Assembly: GCA_964016885.1 (NCBI GenBank)
Contig: OZ024741.1
Span: forward strand, 382,168,001 to 382,232,000
From: Eledone cirrhosa
Taxonomy: Eukaryota
DNA: 64,000 bases
Direction of reading: 5' to 3'
Shown: positions 12,818 to 27,678 of the stretch, in pieces
Layout of the letters: each line of letters opens with the position of its first letter
How positions within the stretch are numbered: position 1 is the stretch's first letter
Made by a program: the position numbers and the translations under genes
Notes under the pieces: generated by a model
The model's database searches: none
Seen by the model: only the letters and a program-made list of their open reading frames with translations
Told to the model about the DNA's origin: nothing

Positions 12818-13812
12818 TGTGTGTGTGTGGGTGTGTGTGCGTGTGTGTGTGTGTGTGCGTGTGTTTGTGTGTGCCGCATCGATAACACAGACATATGATA
12901 TTAAGCATAGGTAGTATACAGAATACAATGAGATAAATGCGATAACTTCTATATAGGTAGCCCTACCAGCCACTTACACATCAGGATTAAGGAACACATT
13001 AATACTGAGGCTTCCTCAATTTTAGGAAATTGCAAAAACATCACCCCAAAGATGAGAGTTAAGGTTGAAAGAAAAGAAAGAGACCTCGGCAATCTCAGAA
13101 CACACCCGAAAATCAATAATAGACTAGAACTAAGCACACAATACCTGACATAGAAGTTTATTGGATTCTATCTATAGGGGCAGACGAAGGCCCGCGTACG
13201 ACCACATTATCCATCTGGGAGAAATCGTGTGTATGCATTCATGTGTTTACACGATTCCACCCATTCGTGTTTACATATTAGAGTGTGTGCTTACACCCAC
13301 ACAAGTATGCATGTACGTGTGTGTCAGTGCGTATTAATTCAATTGCATTTAAGCATATATAACGGGAAACAACTCTATGCCCTTTGACCTGTCAATACGT
13401 TCATTTTAACACAAAATAATAAAATCCGGCCAGCATGGTATTTCAGGCCACATCGGACACTGGAATAGTTCTTTTATTTAACTCGGAAGAAGAGATATTA
13501 ATCTCGAAATATCAGGACTTTAGAATAAAATAAGGTGAAAAACTAACCCTCTTTCGTCCATTTTATATATATATATATATATATAATTAAATAAGGCAAA
13601 TATATATATATATATATATATAAAATAAGGCAAATATCTCTCTGGGTACTAAGTACGCATAGAGGTATATAGGGTGTCTATAATATAATTGTTGTTCGAT
13701 GGTACTAATTTGAGATACCAGAACTATAAAAATTGAGGAAAGCAGAACAGACAAATATTAAACAATTCCTTAAAAAAATTAAAATTGATTTAAATATCTA
13801 CCTGTTCATAAT

Positions 13813-13893
13813 ACTATTACCGGCGGTTTCGCTTTACAAAAGATTATAAATTCAGGGAATTTCTAACGGAAAAAGGAAAGTTCATCAGATAGC
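13813..13893 (-). ncRNA. Minimal hammerhead ribozyme motif
   Basis: Minus strand: gctat-CTGATGA-...gtaaagc-GAAAC cgccg GTA-atagt. Confidence 0.65.
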
Positions 13894-14289
13894 TATTTCC
13901 ACTCTATAGCATCAAGTCCCACAGCCTGCAAATATATTGCCAACTACCAGCTCGTATAAGTTATGGCCGTTAAAGTGACCCACACGTGAACTGGTCGCTA
14001 ATAAAAGCGGGAGTATTACAGACGCGCTGCTGGCTTTGGTCCAAAAAAATAGCAGTAAGCAACAACGAATTGTTTTCTCTACATAGATTGGAGAATGTAT
14101 AAAATAAGGTAAATATCTCTCTGGGTACTAAGTACGCATAACGATATATAGGGTGTCTATAATATAATTGTTGTTCGATGGTACTAATTTGAGATATCAG
14201 AACTATAAAAATAGAGAAGAACAGAACAAAGAAATATTAAACAATTCCTTTAAAAAAAAAAATGATTTAAATACCTACCTGTTCATAAT

Positions 14290-14369
14290 ACTATTACCGG
14301 CGGTTTCGCTTTACAAAAGATTAGAAATTCAGAGAATTTCTAACGGAAAAGTAAAGTTCATCAGATAGC
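14290..14369 (-). ncRNA. Minimal hammerhead ribozyme motif
   Basis: Minus strand: gctat-CTGATGA-a ctttac...gtaaag c-GAAAC cgccg GTA-atagt. Confidence 0.7.
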
Positions 14370-14447
14370 TATCTGATGAACTTTACTTTTCCGTTAGAGA
14401 TTCTCTAAATATCTAATCTTTTGTAAAGCGAAACCGCCGGTAATAGC
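14368..14447 (+). ncRNA. Minimal hammerhead ribozyme motif
   Basis: Stem I gctat/atagc, CTGATGA, stem II ctttac/gtaaag, GAAAC cgccg GTA cleavage triplet. Confidence 0.72.
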
Positions 14448-14530
14448 ATTATGAACAGGTAGGTATTTAAATCATTTTTTTTTTTAAAGGAATTGTTTAA
14501 TATTTCTTTGTTCTGCTCTTCTCAATTTTG

Positions 14531-16198
<1,668 letters not shown>

Positions 16199-16202
<4 letters not shown>

Positions 16203-17670
16203 AAGGGGGGCAAGGCTCATGGAGAAGATGGAGTGGCATCAGATGTGATGAAGAGGTGTGATTTTGATGATATCATCCTGGGGTTCTGTAACGGTGCACT
16301 GGAGAGAGGAGTTGCCCCGAATCAGTGGAGGATCAGTAACATCGTCCCAGTGCCAAAGAAGGGAGATCTCTCTAACACCAACAACTACAGGGGGATCTCA
16401 CTGACGTCACTTGTGGCAAATACCCTCAACAGGATGATTCTTAACAGGATCCAGCCAGAGATGGAGAAGAAGCTCAGGGACAAGCCGAACGGCTTCAGAG
16501 AGGGTAGACAACCACCAGTCACATCCTGATGCTGAGGAGGATATTAGAGGGAGCTAGAGCAAAGTGCCTTCCTGCGGTCCTAGTTTTCATTGACTTTAGG
16601 AAGGCCTATGATTCTGTGGACCGTTACTGCCTGATGAAGTCTTACAGGCTTATGGAATCCCCAAGAAGATAATGGACCTGATATCACTGCTCTACACCAA
16701 CACCAAAGCCCAAGTCATTACCCCTGATGGGATGACAGAGTCCTTTGAGATACTGGCTGGAGTGATACAGGGAGATACATTGGCTCCCTACCTTTTTATC
16801 ATCGTCGTGGACTATTGTATGCGCCTTGCACTGGAGAAACACCAGGACTAGGCTTTACTGTAGCACCGGCTCAGAGCAGGAGAGTTAGGGCGAAAAGGGT
16901 ACCGGATGCTGAATTTGCCGACGACATAGTTTTGGTGACAAAAACAGTGAAGGAGGCAGATGATTTGATGCGGGAGTTTTGAGACTGTGTCGATGAGTGT
17001 GGTGCTGAGAATGAATGAGGCTAAAACAAAATATGTGGTAGAGAATGTTGAGAACCCAGAGAGGATCACTAATGTAGGAGGGAAGCCGCTAGAATTGGTT
17101 GAGGGCTTCCTGTATTTGGGAGCAAAGATTGGGAATACGGAAGATGATGTAGTTGAGAGGAAGAGCAAGGCCTGGGCGGCGTGCCACAGCTTGAGATCGG
17201 TGTGGAAGTCGGACCTTCGTAGAGACCTGAAAATCCGCCTCTTCATTGCTGTAGTGGAGTCTGTGCTGCTGTATGGGTCTGAGACTTGGACACTGACCAA
17301 GAAACTTACTCAGATGGTGGATGGGTGCTACACGAGAATGCTGAGGATGGCTCTGAACATTAATCAGTATACACTGAGGATGACAAACTCAGAGCTGTAT
17401 GGGAGCATCCCAAAAGTCAGCTCAAAAGTGAGACAGAGGAGACTGAGGTTAGCTGGACATGCTCACCGACATCCAGAGTTGACATTGCACCCAGTGCTCC
17501 TTTGGGAGTCCCTACATGGACAAACTAGAAGAGGAAGACCAAGGTGAACGTGGTCTGCCCTAAGGACAGACACTGGTCTGTTGGAGACGCAGGACATGGC
17601 AGCGATAATGAGGGACAGAGACCGCTGGAAAGAACTCGTCCATGGATCTCGGGAATTTTACACGCCTTAG
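16199..17670 (+). mobile_element. RTE-type LINE, non-inverted 3' part (RT, decayed)
   Basis: IVPVPKKGDLSNTNNYRGISL, FIDFRKAYDS, GVIQGDTLAPYLF, EFADDI, ESVLLYGSETW, RRLRLAGH; ends cgccttag then (AT)n. Confidence 0.92.
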
Positions 17671-17817
17671 ATATATATATATATATGTAAAGTTATATTT
17701 AAAATTGTTGGGTTACAACTAGTAAATATTTATAACTGATATAAAAGCACTCGACAAATACTTGGAGTATATTTACAATATTAAATAAATGGAAAACTAT
17801 ATTTATAAAACCATATC

Positions 17818-17883
17818 TATTTCATTATATATATTTCGGGGATATCATATTAACAATATGCTATGCCTTCATCAGACAAAATA
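17818..17883 (-). ncRNA. Minimal hammerhead ribozyme motif
   Basis: Reverse-complement counterpart of 19976-20041. Confidence 0.7.
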
Positions 17884-18245
17884 CAATATAAACAGTTTTA
17901 TAGATAAATATATTCGACATACCGTAATAAACATCAACTTCATTTGAAGAGGTTCACTCTAGCAGTGAAAATACAGAGAGAAAGAAAGAGAGAGGGAAAT
18001 AGGAAAGAAAGAAAGACAAAACGAAGAAAAGGAAGAAAAAGAAGAAAAAGAAAAGGAAGAAATGCATGGGACAAAATAGAGAGATGGAAAAATAGATAAA
18101 GCGAAGAGCTTCATGTAAAGAGACAGAAATAGATATATATATATATAGAGAGAGAGAGGAAGTAGAGATAGATACATATATAAATATAGATATAGAAAAA
18201 TTAGGTAGTGGGAGGTCATTTTGAGTAAGTGTATCAATGATGCAT

Positions 18246-18276
<31 letters not shown>

Positions 18277-19574
18277 GCTCAAGTATTAATGTAAGGGAGA
18301 TATATAGAGAGATATAGAGAGATATAGAGAGAGAAAAAATTTAAATTTAAAAAATTAAAAAATTTAAATTTAAAATGTAGTATATTTAGTTTGATTTATA
18401 TTTATATGAGAACTAGGCGATAAATCCTTTGATTCCTAAATCTTTGATTCCCTCTTTTTACTCTTTTTATTGTTTATTTTATTTTATTTATTTTTATTTT
18501 TATTTTTATTTTTATTTTTTTTATTTTTATTTTTATTTTTATTTTTATCTAAACATTCCTCATGAAAAATTAAGCTACCCTAAAAGCCGATGCTCCAAAT
18601 TTTTTGAATTAACCTTACACTTGATAAACTTATATATTAAATATAGGAACATATGTAGACATTATTGGACATCATAATCTTTTTTTGCGATATTCCTTGC
18701 TAGATGTGATTTGATAGATAATTTTTGGCTTTGTCTTGTAGTGAACTTGGCAATATATTGTCAATTAACTTTGAAGGGTTGCTCTTTGTGGTTTATTTTT
18801 ATTTTCATTTTTATTTTTATTTTTATTTTTATTTTTATATTTATTTTTATTTTTATTTTTATTTTTATTTTTATTTTTATTCTTTTAGTATTGTAGTATT
18901 CTATAATATTTTTATTTTTATTTTATTTTATTTTATTTTATCTTTATTTTATTTTTATTTTTAATATTTTTATATGTAAATTTTTATTTTTAATATTTTT
19001 ATATGTAAAGTTTTAATACGAAATATTTTTAATACGTAGTATTTTTAATATGCAATATTTTTATTATGTAATATTCTTTCGTAATATTCTTTTTTAGTTT
19101 TCTATTCTATATTTTTATATTTTCATATATTTTTACTTATTATCATTATTATTGTTATCTCTGCTTATAATATAATATATATTTTCGATTAGTATATTGA
19201 AATCTGCTCTCTATTTCTGCTTGATAGATAATCTTGTAGAGTAATCGCAAGAATAATAATACGCTCAAATTTTTATACCACATTGAGAATGTTTTCCGGT
19301 AACTTTGAATTTGCGGAGTGAATCAGTTGGATTCACATAGACATACGAATTTTTTTAAAAAACTAAACAGAAGATAATGAATTTTCACGCATTGTGAATA
19401 CATGTTTCATTCAGGAATACTGATATTTACAATATAGTGTAAGTTTTATAAATAATAATACATTAAAACATAGGGTTTTCTACGCCTCGAATATGTCTGG
19501 CTATTTTTAAATTTTTTCTCTCTCTATATCTCTCTATATCTCTCTATATATCTCCCTTACATTAATACTTGAGC

Positions 19575-19617
<43 letters not shown>

Positions 19618-19975
19618 ATGCATCATTGATACACTTACTCAAAATGACCTCCCACTACCTAATTTTTCTATATCTATATTTATATATGTATCTATCTCTA
19701 CTTCCTCCCTCTCTATATATATATATCTATTTCTGTCTCTTTACATGAAGCTCTTCGCTTTATCTATTTTTCCATCTCTCTATTTTGTCCCATGCATTTC
19801 TTCTTTTTCTTTTTCTTCTTTTTCTTCCTTTTCTTCGTTTTGTCTTTCTTTCTTTCCTATTCCCCTCTCTCTTTCTTTCTCTCTGTATTTTCACTGCTAG
19901 AGTGAACCTCTTCAAATGAAGTTGATGTTTATTACGGTATGTCGAATATATTTATCTATAAAACTGTTTATATTG

Positions 19976-20041
19976 TATTTTGTCTGATGAAGGAATAGCA
20001 TATTGTTAATATGATATCCCCGAAATATATATAATGAAATA
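19976..20041 (+). ncRNA. Minimal hammerhead ribozyme motif
   Basis: Stem I tattttgt/atgaaata (two G-U), CTGATGA, stem II containing catatt/aatatg, GAAA t atat a TA with palindromic loop III. Confidence 0.7.
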
Positions 20042-20079
20042 GATATGGTTTTATAAATATAGTTTTCCATTTATTTAAT

Positions 20080-20188
<109 letters not shown>

Positions 20189-20257
20189 GTATATGTACAT
20201 GTATATATATATATATATAAAATTATATATATTATATAAATTATATATATTATATAA

Positions 20258-20310
<53 letters not shown>

Positions 20311-20435
20311 CATGTGTGTGTGTCTGTGTGTGCGTGTATGTATATAAATATATATAGATATATTGAAGAGTTAAACAAAATTCAATGAGTATATCAAAGA
20401 ATGAGTTTTACAGTAGATTGGAAGCAATCTACGAA

Positions 20436-20513
<78 letters not shown>

Positions 20514-20517
<4 letters not shown>

Positions 20518-20741
20518 CGTTTCTGAATTTGTTTAGCAAGATTCTTTATCTGAAATCGTGTGTTGAAACCGATATTGTTATACTTTGGGAGGGTCATGTT
20601 GCCAATAAGAAACACACGCACCAAATGCTTTCACTTCAATTTATTATAATAAATTTATAAATTTCTGGTTGGTTGGTTGGTTCCACAACCAGATAGTGTG
20701 TTTCTTATTGGCAACATGACCTTCCCAAAGTATAACAATAT
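20514..20741. repeat. Short fold-back of a Penelope-like 3' terminus (family of 39708-41540)
   Basis: atattgttatactttgggagggtcatgttgccaataagaaacac ... gtgtttcttattggcaacatgaccttcccaaagtataacaatat. Confidence 0.85.
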
Positions 20742-21505
20742 ATGTATATATATTGTTATAAGTCGAGAGGCTCATGTTTTTGTAACATTGTCAGAAATAA
20801 TAACAGAACACACTCACTGTTTGGTTGGTTTTCGCTTCTGTATATTTTATATCTCCATAGTTAATTTTTTTGACCCTAAGAGAAATCCATTTAAAGATTA
20901 AAGTGCTAGAAAAGCCAGGAACTACCATAAAATCCCTGATCAGCAAAACATACCCCTTTAATAAAACCCACTGTACAAGTAAGAAATGTGTTATATTTAA
21001 AATGAACCCCCAGATAAACAGTAAACCTAAAAAAGTAGTCTATAGCATCAGATGTACAGAGGGTACTTGCAGAAACATGACCACGGCGTACATAGGTGAG
21101 ACACCTCGAAGCATAAGAGAAAGAATAGACCAACACTGGGGGGAACTAAAAGGACACAGAAATCTGTCGACTACTATGCGAACACGCCAGACAAAGACAT
21201 ATAGACAACATAGAAATTAAAATAATATCTAAACATAGAAATGATTCAACAGGTAGGCAAATCAGAGAAGCAACTGAGATAGAACTAAGAAGACCGAAGT
21301 TGAACAGAAAGACCGAATGGAATAACAACAACAACCATACCCAAACAAACAAGACTGAATTAAGGAAAATATTAATAAATAAATATATATCAAATTACAA
21401 AACATGAGGTAATAATAGACAAACATATACCTATGTTTTCTTCAAAGATCCGACTGCAGTTTCGCCGATCTTTGTACACCGATTAATATATATATATATA
21501 TATGG

Positions 21506-21592
<87 letters not shown>

Positions 21593-22329
21593 GAATGATC
21601 GAGAATCGGAATATCGGCCCACGAAATCACGATAAACAATATCCGACAATAGTTGGGATAAACCAGAGCTATAACTATCGTTAAAATACCAACACACAGA
21701 GATCATGCCTAAAATCACCCGTGCAGCCGAAAAAGAACGACCAGGAATATTCGGGTCACTCAAATATAATATCAATAAATTAATAAATTAAATGAATGTA
21801 AAAAAACTCACCCGGACCCGCAAGAAGGATGTTAAATTCTAGCTTTTTGGTTTTCTGCAATTCCTTAATCAAATCACTATCAGCCCACATAAAAATATAT
21901 ATATGACTTCTAGTGAGGAGATGAACGAGGAAAAGCTTTTTCAACGAGTTTCCGTTCAAAAATACACAGGGGGACCCACAGACAAAACGCACATGGTATT
22001 CAGCAAGGGAGGGAACCCCTATATTAGCGAAAGAATTCGGTGATGTGTAAATTATGTAAAAATACAAAGGATCACATATCGAATCAGAGTGCTCAACAGA
22101 CGTGTTAAAATAAACAAGAGCTATTCATCAGTCAATAAGATCAACAAAAAAATCAATAAAATTAACTGGTCAATAGCTAAAGACTGGAGCTAAATACAGT
22201 AGAATGATCGAGAATCGGAATATCGGCCCACGAAATCACGATAAGCAATATCCGATATGTGTGGCAGAGGGCTCAATAGTTTGGATAAAACCGATATATA
22301 TATATATATATATATATATGGTGTATACA

Positions 22330-22940
22330 TATGGTGGCTGCCAACTCGTTTTCGAGTACGGCCACTACTTTATATCCATGTAGGAGAACCCCTACTGATG
22401 CGCTAAACGAGCGTGACTTTTCAGTCCAGCCAGCGACTTGAAAACTCGGGTACAAACACTACACTTGTGACAATTATTGACACATAGTGCTGGGCCCATG
22501 GTACCATGTCACGACAAGTGCAGAGAGATCTCCAGATATAAAGCAATGCCTGTGCCTTGAAGCTTTTATAGTGAGCAAAGGCACTGCACAAAGCCAGTCC
22601 CACTCTGTTAACCAAGATGATATTTACCAAAAAGAAGAACAAGTCAACATCATTGGATACCATCAGATTTGCAGGTGTTATATCAGAGTTTTCCTTCTCC
22701 TAGAATTCTGCCTTGACAAAGGCTAAGGGGTCATCTCTCCCGGTGATTTTGGATGGCCATTGACTCTTAAGAGCTCCTTTGCCCTTTGACAGGTTTTGTT
22801 TTTAGTCCTGCAGGATGTCCAAAGTCACCCTCCTCACCAAGCAACCTTGGTGGGGTTGCCAGTTTAGTCTCCAACGACCCGACCATGAGACAGGTTGTAC
22901 TGGGATACATGTTACCAGTAGCACCAACTGGTGACCTGAC
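22330..22940 (-). mobile_element. Non-autonomous RTE-derived element (RTE-like 5' UTR joined to ORF C-terminus and 3' end)
   Basis: Minus strand: ctaggagaaggaaaactctg motif, C2H2 finger KCSVCTRVFKSLAGLKSHARLAHQ* (22392-22466), terminal stem-loop ctcg-aaaa-cgag; no RT between; (TA)n on both sides. Confidence 0.65.
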
Positions 22941-23301
22941 ATACATATATATATATACACAATTACAATGACAACAACCACTTATAAACACACACTAGTG
23001 AACAAAAATCGAATATAAAAACACATACATAAAACCACTGACTTAAGGGAAATAAAAATAAATAAATAAATAAATAAATACGCAAGTACAATAACAACAA
23101 TCACATATAAACACAAACTAGTAAACACAGATAGAATACGAGAACACAAACACATAAACTCAAATGCGAACATACACACCAAAAAATATACACACACGCA
23201 TGCGCAAAGACAGAGACAAGAATAAATAAATAAATTAATTAAAATAACAACGGCGTAGACATATAAAATAATACAATACAATAGGAGGAAACATAATAAT
23301 A

Positions 23302-23342
23302 CGACTGATGATGTTGCAGATGTGCAACGAAAGAACTTTGAT
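23302..23342 (+). ncRNA. Minimal hammerhead ribozyme motif
   Basis: CTGATGA t gttgca-gatg-tgcaac GAAA gaac TT; stem I degenerate. Confidence 0.65.
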
Positions 23343-23528
23343 ACACTATATATATATATATTTAACTGTATTATGATACAAATTGATTGTAAATAAATTA
23401 ATTATGGAGATACAAATGATACAGAAGCGAAACACCTAATTTTTGCTGGACCGGCAATCGCACTGATTATTACTGGAATCCTATAAGAATCCAGCTTCTA
23501 TAATTTTCGGCGGAAGCAGGGGAACGTG

Positions 23529-23568
23529 GCTCTGATGATCACCAACCAGCGTGAAATAGACTGTTAGC
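23529..23568 (+). ncRNA. Minimal hammerhead ribozyme motif
   Basis: gct-CTGATGA-tcaccaaccagcgt-GAAA tagact GTT-agc. Confidence 0.55.
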
Positions 23569-23734
23569 TTCTCTCCCTTCTCTCGCTGAAAAGAAGCAAG
23601 TGACATAGTCACTACGTCAAAGCCGATAGCGTATCGTCTTCTAAATGTTTTTTAATTAAACATACGATATATTGCCAAATATACTATACATACATTCATG
23701 TATACATCGATATTTCAGAGCACCAATCCTAATA

Positions 23735-23802
<68 letters not shown>

Positions 23803-23807
23803 TATTA

Positions 23808-24181
23808 GAAACTCACTCAGATGGTGGATGGGTGCTACACGAGAATGCTGAGGATGGCTCTGAACATTAATCAGTATACACTGAGGATGAAAAAACTCAG
23901 AGCTGTATGGGAGCATCCCAAAAGTCAGCTCAAAAGTGACACAGAGGAGACTGAGGTTAGCTGGACATGCTCACCGACATCCAGAGTTGACATTGCACTC
24001 AGTGCTCCTGTGGGAGCCCGTACATGGACACACTAGAAAAGGAAGACCAAGGTTAACGTATGTTGATGCCCTAAGGACAGACACTGGTCTGTTGGAGACG
24101 CAGGACATGGCAGCGATGATGAGGGACAGAGATCTCTGGTGCGAACTCGTCCATGGATCTCGGGAATTTTACCCGCCTTAG
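23808..24181 (+). mobile_element. RTE-type LINE 3' fragment (5'-truncated)
   Basis: Closely matches 17300-17670; (TA)n on both sides. Confidence 0.92.
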
Positions 24182-24563
24182 ATATATATATATATATATT
24201 ATATATATGTGTGTGCGTGTGTATGTGTATGTGTGTGTGTGTATAAAACAATCAGATCTTAATATAATTGCTGACGATTGATTGTTCCAGACGGTTGTCT
24301 GGAATCACCGGAATATACACAAAGTTTAAACAGGTAATTAAAATCCTAGTCATCAGAACATTTATATAGATACATAACTATTGACAGTATCAGTGACATC
24401 ATATATAAAAGCAGGAGTTACAAAAATATGTTATGCTACATAAATCACAGTATGAGGAGCAATGGCGAAAAGTGAAATATTGAGCATACTATATATAAAG
24501 ATATTCTTTAAGGTAATATATGTGCAAAAGGTACAAGCAAAAAAGGTGTAAGAGAAGATAGAT

Positions 24564-24616
<53 letters not shown>

Positions 24617-24622
<6 letters not shown>

Positions 24623-25892
24623 TCAGGTTATTAATAATGTAGTGATAAATATATCGTTACGTTAGAGATGAACAGCGTACGTGCAGGTTTGCTCAACGAG
24701 TATAAATTATATTCCGGAGAAATGTAGAAAGGATGAATATAAAATGAAAGTGCTTTTGTTAAAAAAGGAATTTATTAGGTATTGACATATGTTTCTGTAA
24801 CAGACCGGATACCTATGTATCGCTGCTTGCGTAATCATATAATGTTAGCAAGTATTCGATAGCAAATGTATAATCAGTTGTCACTTCTTCAGAGATTTTG
24901 GATAAACTGGATAAAATCAGAAAAATTGAAGTATTTATATTAGTAAAAGAGGAAGGAACAGAGGGGATAGAATATGACATATGGTAAAATAATTTACTGC
25001 TAAACAAGTATATAATGGGTTTTTAATGAGAATACCATGAGTAAATCTAAATAAGAATTTTGGGAGTGCCAATTTTAATCTCTACTTGACCAACTGGACA
25101 GTGGACAGGGCTGGTCATTTGGTGCAGTAGTATTAATTATAAAGTGTCAATTGGGGAAGGGGGAGATTTCGATTGCTACTAAATAACATCAATGCTAGTA
25201 GTCAGCTGGTATTTGCACTAGGGAATTGAATCAAGAAATCAGAAATCTCATTTTATCTATAGCAGTTTGTATTAAAAGGTAAATAATAGAAGAGTTGATA
25301 GAATTAAGACTAATAAAGAATGTTCATATCTATTTTGACAATCAAACGGGGATAGAGACAGGCGTTCAATCCTGGTAGTATTTATAATATGAAAATGTAG
25401 ATTTTAAGCGATGGTTACAGTATAACGATCGCTCTATTCTGTTATTTAATAAAATGTTTTTGGATTTCATAATACAAAATACTTCTACATTACATAATTT
25501 ACAAAATTCCTGTCCATTAGATATGGGGGCGCAGCCGCTATTATATCCCATTTTAGGTGAAATTGTTGGTTATTTTCACGCAGCTGCCAAGCCTTGTCTG
25601 CGAGTGTTGTTACATAACGCTGGTTTTTAGGTTTTATCGAATAAGGCGTGATTTGAAGGAGGTGGCTGTAGATCCCACATAGTACCACTTCTGTCTATCC
25701 GATTCGATAGTACATTTGTATACGATGTTGCGTTCAAGACACTGCTATCGAATACTTGCTAACATTATATGATTACGCAAGCAGCGATACATAGGTATTC
25801 GATACATAGGTATTCGGTCTGTTACAGAAACATATGTCAATACCTAATAAATTCCTTTTTTAACAAAAGCACTTTCATTTTATATTCATCCT

Positions 25893-25897
<5 letters not shown>
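24617..25897 (-). mobile_element. Penelope-like remnant: GIY-YIG (about 25380-25740) with inverted terminal repeat (about 24724-24864 versus 25744-25897)
   Basis: Minus strand CLERNIVYKCTIESDRQKWYYVGSTATSFKSR, LADKAWQLRE..LKWDII, CKLCNVE..LLNNR. Confidence 0.8.
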
Positions 25898-25968
<71 letters not shown>

Positions 25969-26226
25969 GTTTGTATATGTATAATAAAGCCAAAACAATG
26001 CAGGTATGGACATAGAATAAAGAATGCAAATGCAAAAGATATTGTGGACAATTAATCTTTTACCTCAGATTTATTTAAATGTCCTTAATTTTCGAGATAA
26101 TATCTCTTCTTCGGAGGGAAGTAAAGCGGTTAAACCAGTGTTCTAAATAGCTTGCCAAGTCATGCTGGCATATACAAACGTTTATACCTCATTACACAAT
26201 GCTTCAAGTGAACTATAACCTCCTCC

Positions 26227-26640
<414 letters not shown>

Positions 26641-26906
26641 TTACTTTATATGTGTAAACAAATTACTCTCAGAAGCTGAATGGAAGTGGACCATAGCTAC
26701 ATATGGTACTCAATACATTAGTTGGGATTCTACATACATATTTCATTTAAAAATTAATGTTACGGGACTAGAAGAGTTTCATTCGTTTAAGACGGTCATA
26801 GATATGTAGAAATGATTTTAACTTGTTTCACACACAAAAAAACGAACATAAATATTTATATATATATGTCCTTGTGTGTGTGTTTAGGGGGGGGGGGGGT
26901 ATATGT

Positions 26907-26959
<53 letters not shown>

Positions 26960-26960
26960 A

Positions 26961-26991
<31 letters not shown>

Positions 26992-27584
26992 AGTTAGTGT
27001 GTGTGTGTGTGTCTGTGTTTCTATGTGTGTGCGAGAGTGTTTATGTGTACGTATGAATATGCACAAAATATTTTCCCCGTGTGAGATCCGCTAAAATAAG
27101 CAAATGTCTGATGATGGTATTGAACCACATTTATGTACGTATTTGTGTGAATAAACCTATGTACTTACCTAGTAAGTTTGTAGGCTTCACTTTAATAATG
27201 AATCTGAATGTAATATATATTTTTCTCATTTACTTTCGTAAAAACGTATTATTTCATTAAGAACTTTTTCTTTATAACTTCTACAATGTTATGTTTTAAA
27301 ACAATAGTAAATTATTATTCATATATAAACAGGTTAGCAATTCCTGCATTAATAAAGTGTAGTCGTCTACATTATTATCAATAAGACATTTAACATATTT
27401 GTGAAAATTACATGATCTCATTTCTCTGATTTCCTACTTATATAATTCTGCTTATATCAGATATGTTGATTCATATCTGTATAATATATGTGCACAATTT
27501 ATCGTGAGATAGACAGCCAGCACACGTATATCACATCATAGAAGATTTAGGAATAACAACAATAAAAATAAAGTGGAATGAATG

Positions 27585-27587
<3 letters not shown>

Positions 27588-27672
<85 letters not shown>
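27588..27672. repeat. (GA)n microsatellite inside a degenerate tandem unit repeated at about 27541, 27905 and 27998
   Basis: gatttaggaataacaacaataaaaataaa..gaatgaatgaatgagagag..aacga recurs. Confidence 0.85.

Positions 27673-27678
<6 letters not shown>

Larger units (their letters stand above)
20870..23445 (+). mobile_element. Penelope-like element remnant: GIY-YIG (20870-21330) and 3' region (about 22965-23445), interrupted by insertions
   Basis: VVYSIRCTEGTC..AYIGETPRSIRERIDQH; about 20828-20865 is an inverted copy of about 23395-23436; hammerhead at 23302. Confidence 0.75.

Noticed and set aside
27108-27130. CTGATGA as a hammerhead (also partial motifs at about 8795, 24271, 24350, 25790, 32424, 36250, 39525)
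   Set aside because: The GAAA or CUGANGA half is missing or broken, or the stems are absent; at best unrecognisable relics.
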